DNA from: Podarcis melisellensis | Lineage: Eukaryota | Assembly (NCBI GenBank): GCA_964234715.1 | Contig: OZ174283.1 | Reading direction: 5' to 3' (one strand) | Length of the DNA stretch: 64,000 bases | In this document: one piece after another, positions 11,002 through 24,949 of the stretch | Position numbering within the stretch: position 1 is the first letter of the stretch | How the letters are laid out: each line of letters begins with the position of its first letter | Made by a program: the position numbers and the translations under genes | The notes under the pieces: model-generated | What the model was told of the DNA's origin: nothing | Seen by the model: the letters and a program-made list of their open reading frames with translations, nothing else | The model's database searches: none

Positions 11002-14000
11002 GTGAGTCAGTAAATGTGCATATTTGTATTAATGATAATGTAATTGCTCCTAAAAACCATGGGGTGGCCTGTCTTGTTCAATTTTTGTAGATTTTTGAAA
11101 TCACTTTGCAAAACTATTGAAAACTGTAAGAAAAACACTCAGATGTATATATGTTAATTCCACATTTTTGATGTTTATAATATATTAAGTAAAGCTATTA
11201 TACTTTTTAAAATAATTACTTGGCTCATTTCAGAAAGATGATTGGGCTAATTGTTACATAGTGCAGTTTCCTTTTTCAGATAATTTCATAAATTAGCAAT
11301 TCACATTACAAATCTCTACAATTTTGAGGGGGGAAGCCTAGATCTTTTACTTAATTAGTTGTTCGTTATTATTAACACTAAAAGTTTTTGTTTTGTTTTC
11401 TTCCCCAGTTCAGATTTGGACACAGAAATTTAAAGTAATTTCAGTTTAAAGTGGAAATAATTTCTCTTCTGAAGTGATAGTAGCTGTCTAAATACAGTGA
11501 TCCTGATAATTAATGGTGTATGACAGATTACATGCTTTATGCCAGGTATTCAGTTATTTAGAAGATTCACAAGAGAAGGGTTGCTAAGCACCCATCACTA
11601 CTGCAAGTAATGTAAAATGACCCAAATTAAAGAACCTATTCAGAGCTGTATTTTTGCATTTGCTGAAGTGCATTTCAAAAGATTTAACAAGACTTATACA
11701 ATTAGCTGAAAAAAGACCCCTTTTCAGCTATGATCAGCAATTAAAGGATCAGAATACAGAACTTCACATTTTGTTTATAACTTTTCCTTTTCCTTTTCAG
11801 CCCATTCTTTGAACTAAACAATGGTGACTAGCAAATTTAACCAACCTTTCTAGAAATAAATGCTGATGCCGTGTATATACAGAATACGATAGCCTGAATT
11901 CGTTTCCTCTGAATGGGAACTTTGGAACTTTGTTTTCCTTTTCACTGTTGAACACTTTTTTATGAGCACAGCCCACTGTAAAGTCTTTTTGAGACCTGTT
12001 TGAGCCCCATTGAAATGAATAAGAGCAGCTCAGGAACAGGAGTACTGTAGAAGGAGTAACTGGAGATTTGCATCTTGTTTTTGCAGCAACATACAAGCCC
12101 ATTATTCTTTTATTAAGGGCTCCATTTAAATATTTCTATACAGAGAAATATGTACAGTACAAATTGTAAATGAATTGCACTACAGCTTTAGTTTAAAGGC
12201 CTGTTGATGGGAAACTTTGATTATATTTCTTTCCCAACCTTTTTTAGGCCTGCGTCCTAATGAGCCTCCTTTTTCTGAAAATAGGAAACTGAATCGAACC
12301 TACTCAATAGTTGGATTATAAATATTCACAGTATTTAAAGCAAATTTAATTAACCTTTCAAATTTTCATTACTTACTACATGAAGTAACAGTGCATATTT
12401 TCTCTTTTTTTGGAGAAAGGTCTGTGCATCAAAATGGCCAGATGCATTCTGTTTAGAGTTGTAAGTGCAATATGGCAGAACAGGCATAAGTTCACAGTGA
12501 GCAGTATTAACTCCTGTGTTACTTTTATTTAAGGTACTTGCAGAAGCTGCTCTCCATTTTGAACTGTGTAACTTGAAAGCTTGCATATGCCACCACCTGC
12601 AAAAGTGTTGCCAATGAAGGGTATCAGACTGGATTGTAATTTTTATTCTCCAGAGTCATTATGCAACAACTACCCACACCCAAGCTTTTAGACAATATCT
12701 CAAAACAGCTAGGTGGGAAAACAAAACTGGAACAGCATTATAAAGTCATGTGAAATAGGTGGAGCTTCAGATTTGGATCATAATAATAGAAAAGTATTTA
12801 GGGATTCTTATTTTTGCACAACACAAATTAAGCCTCACTTACTTTAGTGGTGTTTATTACTAAGTGAAATATATTTAGAATAAGGGTGATAGTAGTTGAT
12901 TCATGTGATTTCAGTAGGACAAGATTGGTGTGTCAATAATATATACTTGTTTTAAAAAGTGGTACTACAGATTTCCACAGTACTTTGTGAATGGACAGCA
13001 GTTTCACTTTTTAAGTTTTATAACGATAAATGGCACGCCATTCTACCAATTTTAATTGTTTTATTTTAAATGTAAGGGGTAACCGTAAAAAAACAAACCA
13101 TTTTCCAGTTCAATCCTATACATGTCTATGCAGAAGTATGTTCCACTAAGTTTGGTTAGGCTTTCTCTCAGGTAGCTATGTATGGGTTTGTACCCTTAAT
13201 CCTGGAGAAACAGCTTTAAGTAATTACAGACAGATCTAGATCTTTTCTCTTTCACACAGTTTTTGGTACTACTTTTTTCTTTAAAGAGCACCCCCCCCCC
13301 CCCGCTATGCACAATGCTTTTTAAACATTTTCTGAAGTTCAAAAATATTTGGGTAGGAGGCAATCATTTGTGAAAGGAAGGCAGGTTGGCTAGATATTAG
13401 AAGAAACCCACAGGTTTATTAACACATTCTAACTTAAATGTTAGCTCAGTGACCATGTTGGCTATGCTGCTGCAAAAAGTGAAAAAGGAAGTGAACTTTA
13501 TTTTTTTTATATATTGCTGATTTTAATGTCTCCTTTTTCATTGCATTGATTTCACCTCTTTATTTAGTAGTTCTTGGGTTCTTTTTCTATCAGACTTTGC
13601 GGACATTCATTTAATAATTCAAGCTAGTTAAAATTTGATTGAAAATTATTAAGCCGCAACCCCTGCTGGGTGTATGAAATTAGTCTTGTGGCACACTGGT
13701 TTGTACTATAATTTTTTAAGAACCCTGACTAACAGGGTTTGTTTTTTGTATGTTGAAAGAAAAAGATTTACTAAGAAAGTGTTATAAAGCCTTTTGCAAA
13801 TGGGTACATTTTTATTTTAGACAAAAGAAATAAATGTAGCTGTCCTGCAAATTTCAGTTTTAAAATGAACTTTTTATTGAAAGTAGCCATGCCCAAATTG
13901 TTTGTGCTAATTTTTGCAGAACACCTCTTTCAGTCATAAACTAATTTTAAGAGGAGGGGAATGTTGCCCGGGGAGCTGTAAAATGTAGTGTGGAAGACTT

Positions 14001-14709
14001 TTTAACACTCTTTCTTTTTAACTAAAACAAAATTGCCTTATGTAACACAGTTAACATAGTTAACCTTTTATAATTATTTAACCATTATTTCATTAATGTT
14101 GCCCTCTGCTTAAATGTTATACATTACTGCAAAAGACACCTGACCGTGCTCTTAAAAGTTTATTTGTCTTTCAGTTCCTGTGATAGTAGGGGGCAGTACA
14201 TCTCCTTAATTATCTTTGTTCAGGGAAATGCTGAAAGGCCAGGGTAGTTAAACAAGGCCATTTGGATTTGCGATAAGGTCGAAGTTAGATGCAAGGAAAG
14301 TGGTTAAATGCATTATCATATTATTGAGCATATCATCAGTAAAGTGACCTTGATGGAGGTGGAAAAAAACATTTGGCCTTTTTTTTATGACAGCCCCCCC
14401 CCGCTTGGTTTACCACTGCAAGAGAATTCATCATATAGTTTTATCATTATCTTCTCTTTCTGTTTTGAAAGCTGATTTCTTTTTATCATAACTCATCAGT
14501 CAGTTTTTCAAAATTTAGATGGACATTTTACTGATGATGGTAGATTTTAGTACTTAAAGGTTTAGCCTATCATTTGACAGATATGGAAATACACTTCATT
14601 AAATATTAAAGTGACCCGGCTAGCTGACCAGCCTATATCTTCTCTTAAGGATCTTTTAAAGATAATGGTTATTTTCTGTGCAAAGGACCAGCTGCTATTC
14701 TACTTCCCA

Positions 14710-14956
14710 GAGAGCCAGTGTGGTGTAGTGGTTAAAAGCGGTGGACTCGTAATCTGGTGAACCGAGTTCGCGTTCCCGCTCTTCCACATGCAGCTGCTGG
14801 GTGACCTTGGGCCAGTCACACTTCTCTGAAGTCTCTCAGCCCCACTCACCTCACAGAGTGTTTGTTGTGGGGGAAGAAAGGAAAGGAGAAGCTGCTTTGA
14901 GACTCCTTCGGGTAGTGATAAAGCGGGATATCAAATCCGAACTCTTCTCTTCTTCC
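14710..14956 (+). mobile_element. Full-length tRNA/CORE-type lacertid SINE (Squam2-like)
   Basis: A box tggtgtagtggtt, B-box-like gagttcgcgttcc, CORE-like ctgggtgaccttgggccagtcac, tail aaagcgggatatcaaatcc...(tct)n. Confidence 0.88.
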
Positions 14957-15624
14957 CTAGATTTTTTAAAAAAATTAATATGAAGAGTAAGTTACCAGCT
15001 TCAGTTTTAGCTGGTGATGTAGCTGGTGTATGAAACAGCTTACTTGGACTTGGTTCAAGTCAACGAGAACTGAGGCTGTTCTAGATATTACAGTAAAAAT
15101 TAGATAAAAATAAAGGCTGTGCCTCTAGTTAAGCATACTATATGTAAGTTTTCTTGATCTGAATAAAACTTAGTTATACATATTTTACTGGACCTCTTCC
15201 AAAATTCACAAGTAGTTATGGTGGCTTTATGTATTCTTGGGTCAATTCAGTCAGTAAATGCATTTAGAAAATTGCTGACTGATTGAGTGAATTCCCGTGA
15301 GGACTTCAACCTCTGAACTGAAACTTTGGATATTATGAAAAGTTATTTGAAGACTATCATTGCAATACGAAAGCACATTTACTTAGAAGTAACTGACATG
15401 GAGTATGATTTGATCAAGTTAAGAACTTTTAAATCCTATCATTTCTCACGTTAAGCACATGCATAACTCCCTCCCACTGAAATTCATTATTGATATTAAT
15501 TGCCTTTTAAAGTTCTGGTCTTCGGACTTTAGTTATAATTGAGATCAGTCACAACCAACTTTTTAAAATTTTAAATGTCCAAAATGTCTGTTGACCAGCA
15601 GTTACCACAATTAAAATCACACAA

Positions 15625-15733
15625 ACCTACCTCACAGGGTTGTTATGAGGATAAAATGGGGAGGAGGGGAACTATGTATACCACCTGAAGCTCCTTGGAG
15701 GAAAGATGAGATATAAATGTAATTAAAGAAATA
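15625..15733 (+). mobile_element. 3' half of an older MIR/Squam2-like SINE
   Basis: acctacctcacagggttgttatgaggataaaatgg...gagatataaatgtaat. Confidence 0.65.
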
Positions 15734-18165
15734 AATTAGGTAAGACAATTGGGTTTTTTTAAAACGACAACAATAGTGGTGGTTAATCAGAGAGTTGCAG
15801 TCAGAGGCTTTTCAACATATCACGGGGCAAAGGTTTTTATATCTGCCATTTGATTATAATTAAGCAAAATGTTTCCCCCCTCTATCCAATAATATTGTCT
15901 ATACTGTATACATTAAAGATTATTTCATAGGTTCCAATGTTCTTAGTGGTTAATTATGAAACTATGTCAAGATGTAACTTAAGTGGTTTTTAATTCTGTG
16001 CAGTGTAGACAAACTCCCACAAGCTAAGCATTTTCTCACTTAGATCTCTCATACACATTCTCTGCCTCTTTGTCTCTGTTTGTCTCTATCTTTCAATCAT
16101 TTTAAAGTTCTAAAAAAACCAAAACCCTATAATGAGCCTTTTTTAAAGTTCAGAGCATCCTGCCAAAGGTATGGCCAGGATCCAAAGAATTATGGAATCA
16201 CTTCCAGGAACCCAAGCGCCCTTTCTCTCTGCCTCCACATACCATGCCACATGGCTTTGAAAGTAAGGCAAGCCTTAGTACCCCCTGATGCTACATGCAT
16301 GCTCAACAGCAGCCAAGAAATTTTGGTTTGGCTTAATAGCCAGCAGTTACTAGGTTTTCAAATGTCTTCTTCCAAATGCCCCCAGGTGAGGTACAAGGAA
16401 ACACAAGAGAGGCTGTTTTCAATGTTCCCACCCATCTGTGAAATGCTGTCTTCAAGTTTCACCTGGGTACATATTTTTTTTGTTTCCTTGTGTCCTTTAA
16501 TACTTTTAAATTTGGTCTCATGCCTTGTTTATGGTGAGGGGTGACTAACCTGAGAGGCATGTTCACCTCTGGGCAACCCTCCAAGGACAATGTGGCAGTC
16601 AAAAGTGGTTCTGGCCACCTTACACTCACACATGCATGCACACACAGGTGCACAGCCCCAAAGCTGATCTATGCAGATCAGCTGAGAAGGGGGGGATATT
16701 ATCCCCCATTGATGGATCAATCTGAGGGCTGTGTTTTAACAATTTGATTCTTCATCAGGGTGCTAGACTGCCAAATCACAGGTGAATAGATAGGGTCCTG
16801 CAGAGGAAGAAATATTTGGGGGAGGAGGTGCAGATTAGCTTTCTCTTATTTATAAGCTGATTTTGTTTTAAATATAGCTACGGTATACCTTTTATTGCTT
16901 TGTTTTATTGTAATAGATTTATATTGAATAAAGCAATCCTGGATTGTTATTTTCTTATATAGGATCTCAAACAATTATGTATGGTAGCCCAACTCTGCTA
17001 CTTACCCCATCTCTAAGCTCTCTAGCACATGCAGAGAACTCAGCAAAAATAGGTGCTGCTTTTCTCATTATGTATCATAGATAAATTAAAAAAGAAAGTA
17101 CACTTGGTGAGCTACAGTCCGTCCGTCCCCCCCCCCACATTTGCTGCAGGTCCCTGCATTGTAGGCCTTTCCTAAAGGCCTCCACTTCTCAGGAATTTCC
17201 CAGGAGAGACTTGTGGTGGGCAAGGGCACAAAGAAGGGCTGCTAGCCCCTTACCCCTGTAGCAGACATAGAACATCATAGCAGTCAGTTCCTGTGAGGGA
17301 TTGGTCTCGAGTGTAGGGGGGGAATGCTGTCAAAAATGCTGTCAAAAGAACTGAAGGTACTGCTTGAAGCAAAGCACATGAAATACTGCTGCAGTGAGAC
17401 ATTAAATAATGGAGTCAGTCAAAGACAAACCCTTTCTTTGCTATAAAGAGTTAGTGCTTTCAGAATACTCGATCGTCATTTCAAATATTTCACAATATTT
17501 GACTGGTGGATTGACCAATGATTTTTGACTAATCAAAAGCACAACTTCAACACGCATCTTGTTTTCTATTTATTTATTTTGATAGGGGATATCCTTTCAA
17601 AGCACTACAGCAAAAGCACTCCTGAAAGTTACATCCATGTGTCTTTCATAGCTAGACAGCAGGTTAAAATTCAATAGACTTAGCCTCTTGTATCACTGTA
17701 TCTGCAGCTCTTGAACTTCTGCTTGTCATGAGACATTTAAAACACAGAAACCCTGCCAGCAAATGTGAACCTTATCAGAAAACACACACATCATTATTGT
17801 CTAGTTTCATTTAGGGTTGGGTTTTTGTTTTAATACATAGTGGAGAGAGCAATGAATACATAGTGAGAGAGAGCAATGAAGCTAAAAGGAGCCTAGCTAC
17901 TTTTAGTATTATTATTGGTTCCTATGTACTTCTACTCTTTTCCCTACACATGGAGGGTTTCCCCAGGTGCAATAAGGAACTGGCAGTCATGCTAGAGAAC
18001 CATTAATACTTTAGCTGCTTACTTCATTCCTTCCTCAAAATGCAAGGCAAAATGTGAGAGGAGAGAGAGACCTCAGAAGACTCAGGGGAAGGGTTTTGCT
18101 TCAATTTTTGCTGAGCTTTAGAGAAGATGAAAGTGATGTGGATCTTCACTGCTTCTATGCCTTGA

Positions 18166-18170
<5 letters not shown>

Positions 18171-18230
<60 letters not shown>

Positions 18231-18231
18231 T
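18171..18231. repeat. Compound (CT)n(GT)n microsatellite
   Basis: Direct reading. Confidence 0.95.
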
Positions 18232-19811
18232 AAAAGAGAAAGAGACACTCAATCCTTTACTCCCCTGATTTCTTTCTCCTGTTAACATGCAATTAACATG
18301 TTTGGCCCTCAGACTTGGATGGAGCGGGATTGGCCTCTTATGCAGAGCCTAGAGGTCATGCTTTCTTCAGATTGCCCTACAGGTCACTCAGTCTTTTGGA
18401 ACACTTCAGAGACACCTCTAGAAAGGCTCTATATACCAGGATGTAATTGAGTTAATTGAGATTTTGTTTTGCTCTTGACAACAAATAGAGTTCCTTCCAG
18501 GATACAGTCTAATGGGATAGCTCAGATGTGGAGTATTTATGGCTTGAACCAACCTTGTGGGCCTGTTTGCTCATTAATTTCCCCAGAGAAATCTCAATTT
18601 GGTATGAGTCTTTTGCTCATGCATGCCCCTTCCATTCACTACAAGTAGAAATTAAAGAGCGAATAGGCTATGCAGCATTTGTTTGAATGCAATACCTCCC
18701 TGCCCACCAACCTGTCCTTGTAAAGAATGGCTTTGTTTTACTGGGCTTTCAGAAAAATATCACGCTCATATAAATGCTGTGCTACCCCATTCACTTATTA
18801 CTTTCTCCCTGTAATGAAGGGGCATGCATGCTCCAGAGACTCATAAAGGACTGGCATTTCAACCTATAAAGTAATGAGTGAACAGTGAGCCCAGGTGATC
18901 TCACTCCACGGATAAAAACCATTATTCTTTATTACTAATTGATCAGACTGAGTATAACAGAGCATGAATTCTAGGCATACGCTTTTCAGTTGGAGAAGCT
19001 ATCTGTAGGACAAACAAAGCTTTGGCCTTCAAAGGACTTGTACACACTATAAGGCATTGTGATTCTTGTGCACTAATTTACAGTTACTTTCTTTAATTGT
19101 TTGCATGCTGGTAACTTCTATTGTTTAGTTATGTGCTGGAGTAAACAGCTGTTTTGTAGGATACAAAATGAGATAAAAATGATGCAGTTCCCCTTACAAT
19201 ATTGATCCAAATTTTGTCATAGGCAATCAGTACTTCAGGATTCACTTGAATCCCAACTTATCATAGTTTGGGTGTGCACACATGTATGTATTACAGACAA
19301 TGGCCAATTTATGCATGTCCAATTGATGTGTGGCTGTGCATGCGTACATCACAGCAACCCAGAAGTGGCTGGAAAAGGAGGTGGAACAGGCAGGCCGGGG
19401 GCAGAAGCGTTAACTGTAACAGGGTGAAGTGGGCTTATACATGCTCCACTGTCACATGTTATGATTCTAACCCTTTAGCAGTTTTGGGAGTGTGCAGGGA
19501 GCTGCACGGAGAGGAAGAACTAGTGAAAATAATCTCCCAGTTCTGTGGATGGATGTCACCACTAAAACAGCCATCTATCACAAGGAACACCATTGAATAG
19601 GATATTGTAGTTCCGCAAAGTTGTCCTTGGGTATCTGTATGTTTAAACTGGGTGGAATTTTACACACTTGAGTAATATTGACTTATACTCACAGAGGATG
19701 TGACAGAATTGACCCCAGTTTCTATAACCAACAGTGGTGCACACTAAAAGTCAAAATGATTTGCAGTATGTTGAACTAGAATCATTGTACAAGCACTAAA
19801 CAGTTTATTCA

Positions 19812-19901
19812 GGCAGAAATCCTAATCCTACTTACCTGGGAGCAAGCCCCATTGGGTTCAGTAGTATTTACTTCTGAGTGGAGATGGTTAGGATTACGCT
19901 G
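19812..19901. mobile_element. ~90-bp palindromic MITE-like repeat (related copies near 13106-13197, 20697-20770, 26790-26860, 30370-30450, 56500-56545)
   Basis: Terminal inverted aatccta...taggatt with internal cttacctgggagcaagccccattg...tacttctgagt; recurs in decayed form across the window. Confidence 0.55.
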
Positions 19902-20077
19902 TAAGCAAATGTTGAAAGTCATTTGCTGGCTGGTGCATACTTCAGGAGCATGATTGTATCTGTGGCAGTGTTGATTTTGCCCAACATGACAATAGTTAAT
20001 AAACAATTTTTCTTTTAAAATCATTCTCCATATGTCATAGAGGAATTCATAATTTATTTATTATTATATTTGTATAT

Positions 20078-20430
20078 CGGGTGGCGCTGTGGCTAAACCA
20101 CGGAGCCTAGGGCTTGCCGATCAGAAGGTTGGTGGTTCGAATCCCGCGACGGGGTGAGCTCACATTGCTCGGTCCCTGCTCCCGCCCACCTAGCAGTTCG
20201 AAAGCACGTCAAAGTGCAAGTAGATAAATAGGTACTGCTCCAGCAGGAAGGCAAACGACATTTCCGTGTGCTGCTCTAGTTCGCCATAAGCGGCTTAGTC
20301 ATGCTGGCCTCATGACCCAGAAGCTATCTGCAGACAAACCCCAGCTCCCTCGGCCTAAAGAGTGAAATGAGTGCCGCAACCCCAGAGTCATTCGCGACTG
20401 GACCTAACGGTCAGGGGTACCTTTACCTTT
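20078..20430 (+). mobile_element. Sauria SINE (Squam1), near full length
   Basis: Head gggtggcgctgtggctaaacc, B box ggttcgaatccc, core ctagcagttcgaaagcacgtcaaagtgcaagtagataaataggtac, tail ggtcaggggtacctttaccttt. Confidence 0.93.
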
Positions 20431-21556
20431 TTATATGTATGTGGATCTAGATTATGGGTGGAATTTCTGGGACCATGCTTATTTCAGATATGATCAGTAT
20501 TTCTGGATAGAATTGTCAGACTTGTAGAAACGAGAAACATATTTCCATCCACCACAGCAATACAGTCATTGTGGTAATAATAGGCAATACTTGAGGATTA
20601 AATAATGACAATCTTTTACAGCCAGTTGTGCCAGTGTACAGTACTGATATATGTCGTGCAGTACCATCCCTTAGAAGTAAGTTCCACGGTGTTCAGTCTG
20701 TAATCCTGTACTCACTAGCGAGAGAAAACCTCACTGAAAACAATGGAAGTTACTTCTGATTAATATTTATTCCACCTGTGTATATTTACTTGGAAGAAAG
20801 TTGCATAAAACTTAATGGGACTTCTTTATTGGGCTTTATAGTTGTCAAGGTGAGCAACTTATTTGAGAGAAATTGAAGTCAATACAAACAATATGTTTAG
20901 AACTGAACTCAAAGGCATGTATTTTGATTGATAAAATTGCAGTTGGTTCATGATTCCATATCATGAATAATAGAATTAAGCCTACTATCCTACCTTAGAC
21001 CAATTTTCTACAAACTAGCACTGCATATTCTAATGTGGCATATTGAAACAAACATTTGTTAAATCTCAATTATTAGACATTGAGAGGAAGAATAATTCAA
21101 ATATTCATCTGACGTGTGTGTTCATATTTGTAGTGTTTCTGTTCCATTCATTCATTTGTGGAAACAGAGTTCTTGGGAAATGACATAAATCTACATGCTA
21201 TAATTTTCCTGAGTGCTAGATATTGCATTTGTATATCTGACTTGGCTGAAATATTTCTAAATGGTCCCTTTGGCTACACATCTGAAGAGGCTCATAAACA
21301 GAAATAATTCCTTTCCAAGTCAATTATAACTCATGCTTGCTAAATTGATTCAAGATCTGCTTGTGTCAGACAAGTAACCTAATGAGTATTTTGCTTTTGA
21401 GGAAACCACATCTCAGTGCTTAAAGGGGAGATGAAGGATATGGAAACGAGAAGATCTTCATTTTTGTAGAATGACAGAATATGAACAAATGGAAGTTTTC
21501 TTCTAAGTGCTCTTTTGTGCATATGCCAGCTAGTTTGAGGTGTGACTTTAGTTATG

Positions 21557-21711
21557 AAGAAGAAGAGGAGTTTGGATTTGATATCCCGCCTTTCACTCCC
21601 CTTCAGGAGTCTCAAAGCGGCTAACATTCTCCTTTCCCTTCCTCCCCCACAACAAATACTCTGTGAGGTGAGTGGGGCTGAGAGACTTCAAAGAAGTGTG
21701 ACTGGCCCAAG
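21557..21711 (-). mobile_element. 5'-truncated Squam2-like SINE
   Basis: Reverse complement of the 3' part of the 14710-14956 copy; candidate TSD gttatg at 21551-21556 and 21712-21717. Confidence 0.85.
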
Positions 21712-22073
21712 GTTATGCTGTTGTACTCTAATTTTTCCCCTCAGTAATATAAAAACATATCGTTAATATTTGCTCATGTTTCTTACTTGGAGAACTGAAG
21801 TGATAGGATTCCAAGGTAATGGAAGACATTCTTTTTCACCAGTTCTGAGTGCTGCCAGATGAGCACTCATCTTGATGTGTTTGAAGCGAGATCAGATGAT
21901 GCTGACCATTTATTATCATTATTATGTTATATTTGTTAAATTTCTATATTTAACAAGCATTCACTCTGATTTGTTTATGGGATGGCTGGATAATGTTGCC
22001 TCAAAGCTCCTTTTCCTCTTCTCTCGCTTTCGTGCTCCCCTTCCCCTCCTTCCCCCTGACCCCCTACCCTCAC

Positions 22074-22112
22074 CTGCTTGCTTGCTTGCTTGCTTGCTCG
22101 CTCGCTCGCTCT
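22074..22112. repeat. (CTTG)n(CTCG)n tetranucleotide repeat
   Basis: Direct reading. Confidence 0.85.
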
Positions 22113-22119
22113 AATGCCA

Positions 22120-22351
22120 CCTCAACTCAACAACCAGCATCCCCCTGCCCCAGAGGCACCATTCGCTTGCAGGGCTTGTAGCCAGGGCTTCTGCAACAAA
22201 CAGCTGTGCAAGCCTTTGGGAGGCAGAGATGTGAGACAGCATCAGAGGAGGGCGGGAAGGAACGAGGGACAGACATCAGTGTTACCTGTGGCACCCCTGG
22301 CCATCATTCAAGGCACCCCAGGGTGCCACGGCAGCTGGTTGAAAACCGCTG
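22120..22351. mobile_element. hAT-like non-autonomous DNA transposon end
   Basis: Terminus ggcaccccagggtgccacggcagctggttgaaaaccgctg, a CAG-type hAT TIR in reverse; left end not located. Confidence 0.45.
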
Positions 22352-23899
22352 TCTTAACAGATTAGGAAAAGCCTGTACTTTTGCAGGTTCCTTATAATCT
22401 CTGCCTTCCCTGGTGCATCTCTCTCATACCCTTTTAGACAAACATACACTTCACATAGTGGTTAATGTTTATACAAGTGCCTCTCTTGACTGCAGCTGAA
22501 GTTACTTCAGTCTGGTTAAGATGAGAAACCTGTTTATTCCTGTTAAAGATTGTAAATCCTGGTTAAGCAAATACCTTGGATAGCTTCAACTCTGGTCAAG
22601 GCCTTTCCTGATATATCTTAACAGCAGGGTTAAGAATTCCATGGGGTGGAATTTGTTATAGGAGGGGAGGATCTAAGTATTGTCTTGCTACCAGCTTCTG
22701 ATGGCATGATGGTTAGCAGAAAACGAGCATTATCAGGGCTGGTTCCAGGTTTGAAAGGACCCGCAGCAAAGTGCCACCACCATAAGTTTCTCCCCCCCCC
22801 CCCCAAGTTATCCCTGATGGAAGCTGCTGTCTTTTGTGCTACTGGATGGGCAACTGATCAGTAGCCTGTGGAGAGGCAGTCATTATTTATTCCTCCTAGC
22901 TGTTCTTGCTTGGTTTATAAGCAGGTAGTTGATCAGTGCAGCTAGGAGAATTTGCTACTACTGCTTCCTCTTCTTCGCCCAGGCAGCTGTCATAGCTCCA
23001 ACTCCGTAGAGGGAAGAAAATTGAGGTGGTTGCAGAAGCTTCAGCAACCATACAGTGATGCCAGCCCTTGAGTATTAAATTTATTCTACTCTCTTAAATT
23101 GGGACTAGCTGCTACTAGATATGGGCATAAGAACTTGCTTTCTTTACAACTATTTATTCTTCTTAGTTAACTTGAATCTTGCTTCACTGCTGTCCATATT
23201 TCTGTTGGAAATTATGTGAAACTTATTTTTAAAGTGGCCTTAGCAAATGTGTTAGGTGAAGAGAGGAGTTTCCACATTACAATGGAGACGTTAGAAGGAC
23301 AAGCTTTTCGTCTGACACATGGACACCAAAGGCATTAGTGATAAGAGTGTGACATGCAGAAGGAGCACTGCTGAAATGTAAGAGCACCAGTGTCTTGTAG
23401 ATTCCACTGTTCTTGTTTAAAATAAAAGGCTAAGAGTAAGGAAGGATTTCTTCTACATTCCCATATTAATCCTTGTCTTCAAATATCTACTCCTGGCATT
23501 CTTCCTGATCAACAAAGATTAATATTGGCCTTAGTCTCTACTCCAGATTCCTCCAGTGCATGAAATGCTTTACAAAACGCCATCCAACTGGAAACTAAGC
23601 CAGTTCAGCTACTTAGCTTCTGACAGTCAGGAACAAATAGGGTGACGCAATCCAGGGGAACCTGAATTGCTTAAAATCACCGCAGATGAAGGTACCAATA
23701 AAATAATTTATTTTTAACGGGGATGCTTATTGTCCAGAATGTGATAAAGGGAATTTTTAAAAAGTAAAATTTGTATTTTTCAAATTATTTCATGTTCAGC
23801 AAAAAACAGAAGGCAATTTTTTAGATAGGCAATTCCGACTCCACACAGCTCCCACTATCTGCCCTCTCATTATGTGAAAATTCACTTATCCAAATACAA

Positions 23900-24200
23900 A
23901 TAATTATGCCCAAAGCTCACTATATGCATGGCTGATTCAGCTATCTGAACAGCCAGAGTTTTCCCTGACTTATTTTGTTTTTCTGGTTGGCGACAGCTAT
24001 TTTCTGGTAGACCATGGAGAGAAGGAAGGGGAAGAGAGATTGGACAAATAAGAGAGCAGGACAGTTTTTCCTTTGTCTCTCTTTTGCTGGTTGGCTGCAG
24101 CCATTTTTGGAAGCAATTGGGGGGGGGGTTATGGGATATAAATGTCCCCATAGGATATAATGGAAATTGTGAGCTTGTTATGCAAACGCTCACCTAACAT
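23900..24200 (+). repeat. Unclassified interspersed repeat, copy 1 (copy 2 at ~53985-54310)
   Basis: Colinear shared blocks: ctcacta...gctgattc, acagtttttcctt, tggttggctgcagc, cccatagga(t/a)ataatggaaat, ttatgcaaa. Confidence 0.7.
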
Positions 24201-24304
24201 TTTAGTGGAAATACATGGTGTTCAGAAAATGAGACCTGTTTGTGTTTGTTCTGTAGCATAGGGTAAGAATTGAACTTGCCAGGTGTGAAAATCTAATGAT
24301 CACT

Positions 24305-24949
24305 TTTGCTGTTGTTTAGTCGTGTCCAACTCTTCCTGACCCTATGGACCAGAGCACACCAGGCACTCCTGTCTTCCACTGCCTCCCACAGTTTGGTCAG
24401 ACTAATGCTGGTAGCTTCGAGAACACTGTCCAACCATCTCGTACTCTGTCGTCCTCTTCTCCTTTTGCCCTCAATCTTTCCCAACATCAGGGTCTTTTCC
24501 AGGGAGTCTTCTCTTCTCATGAGGTGGCCAAAGTATTGGAGCCTCAGCTTCAGGATCTGTCTTTCCAGTGAGCACTCAGGGCTGATTTCCTTAAGAATGG
24601 AGAGGTTTGATCTTCCATTGGACTCTCAAGAGTCTCCTCCAGCACCATAATTCAAAAGCATCAATTCTTCAGCGATCAGCCTTCTTTATGGTCCAGCTCT
24701 CACTTCCATACATCACTACTGGGAAAACCATAGCTTTTACTATACGGACCTTTGTTGGCAAGGTGATGTTCTTGCTTTTTAAGATGCCGTCTAGGTTTGT
24801 CATTACTTTTCTCCCAAGAAGCAGGTGTCTTTTAATTTCGTGACTGCTGTCACCGTCTGCAGTGATCACAGAACCCAAGAAAGTAAAATCTCTCACTGCC
24901 TCCATTTCTTCCCCTTCTATTTGCCAGGAGGTGATGGGACCAGTGACCC
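24305..24949 (-). mobile_element. BovB (RTE-clade LINE), 5'-truncated
   Basis: Minus-strand ORFs give typical BovB RT C-terminal peptides (GPITSWQIEGEEMEAVRDFTFLGSVITADGDSSHEIKRHLLLGRK; MRREDSLEKTLMLGKIEGKRRRGRQ). (CAA)-type tail; TSD tgatcact at 24297-24304 and 24950-24957. Confidence 0.95.

Noticed and set aside
11409-11823. Strong-looking acceptors at 11408 and 11800
   Set aside because: Nearby donors are weak and such pyrimidine-AG sites are common by chance.
14710-14790. tRNA-like sequence
   Set aside because: It is the tRNA-derived head of a SINE and runs on into the CORE and tail; not a tRNA gene.
16080-16544. 154-aa ORF
   Set aside because: Non-ATG start, no recognisable domain, no splice support.
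17832-17880. Short tandem duplications (also ~43276-43317 and ~48912-48953), superficially array-like
   Set aside because: Only two units each with no spacers; ordinary slippage duplications, not CRISPR-like.
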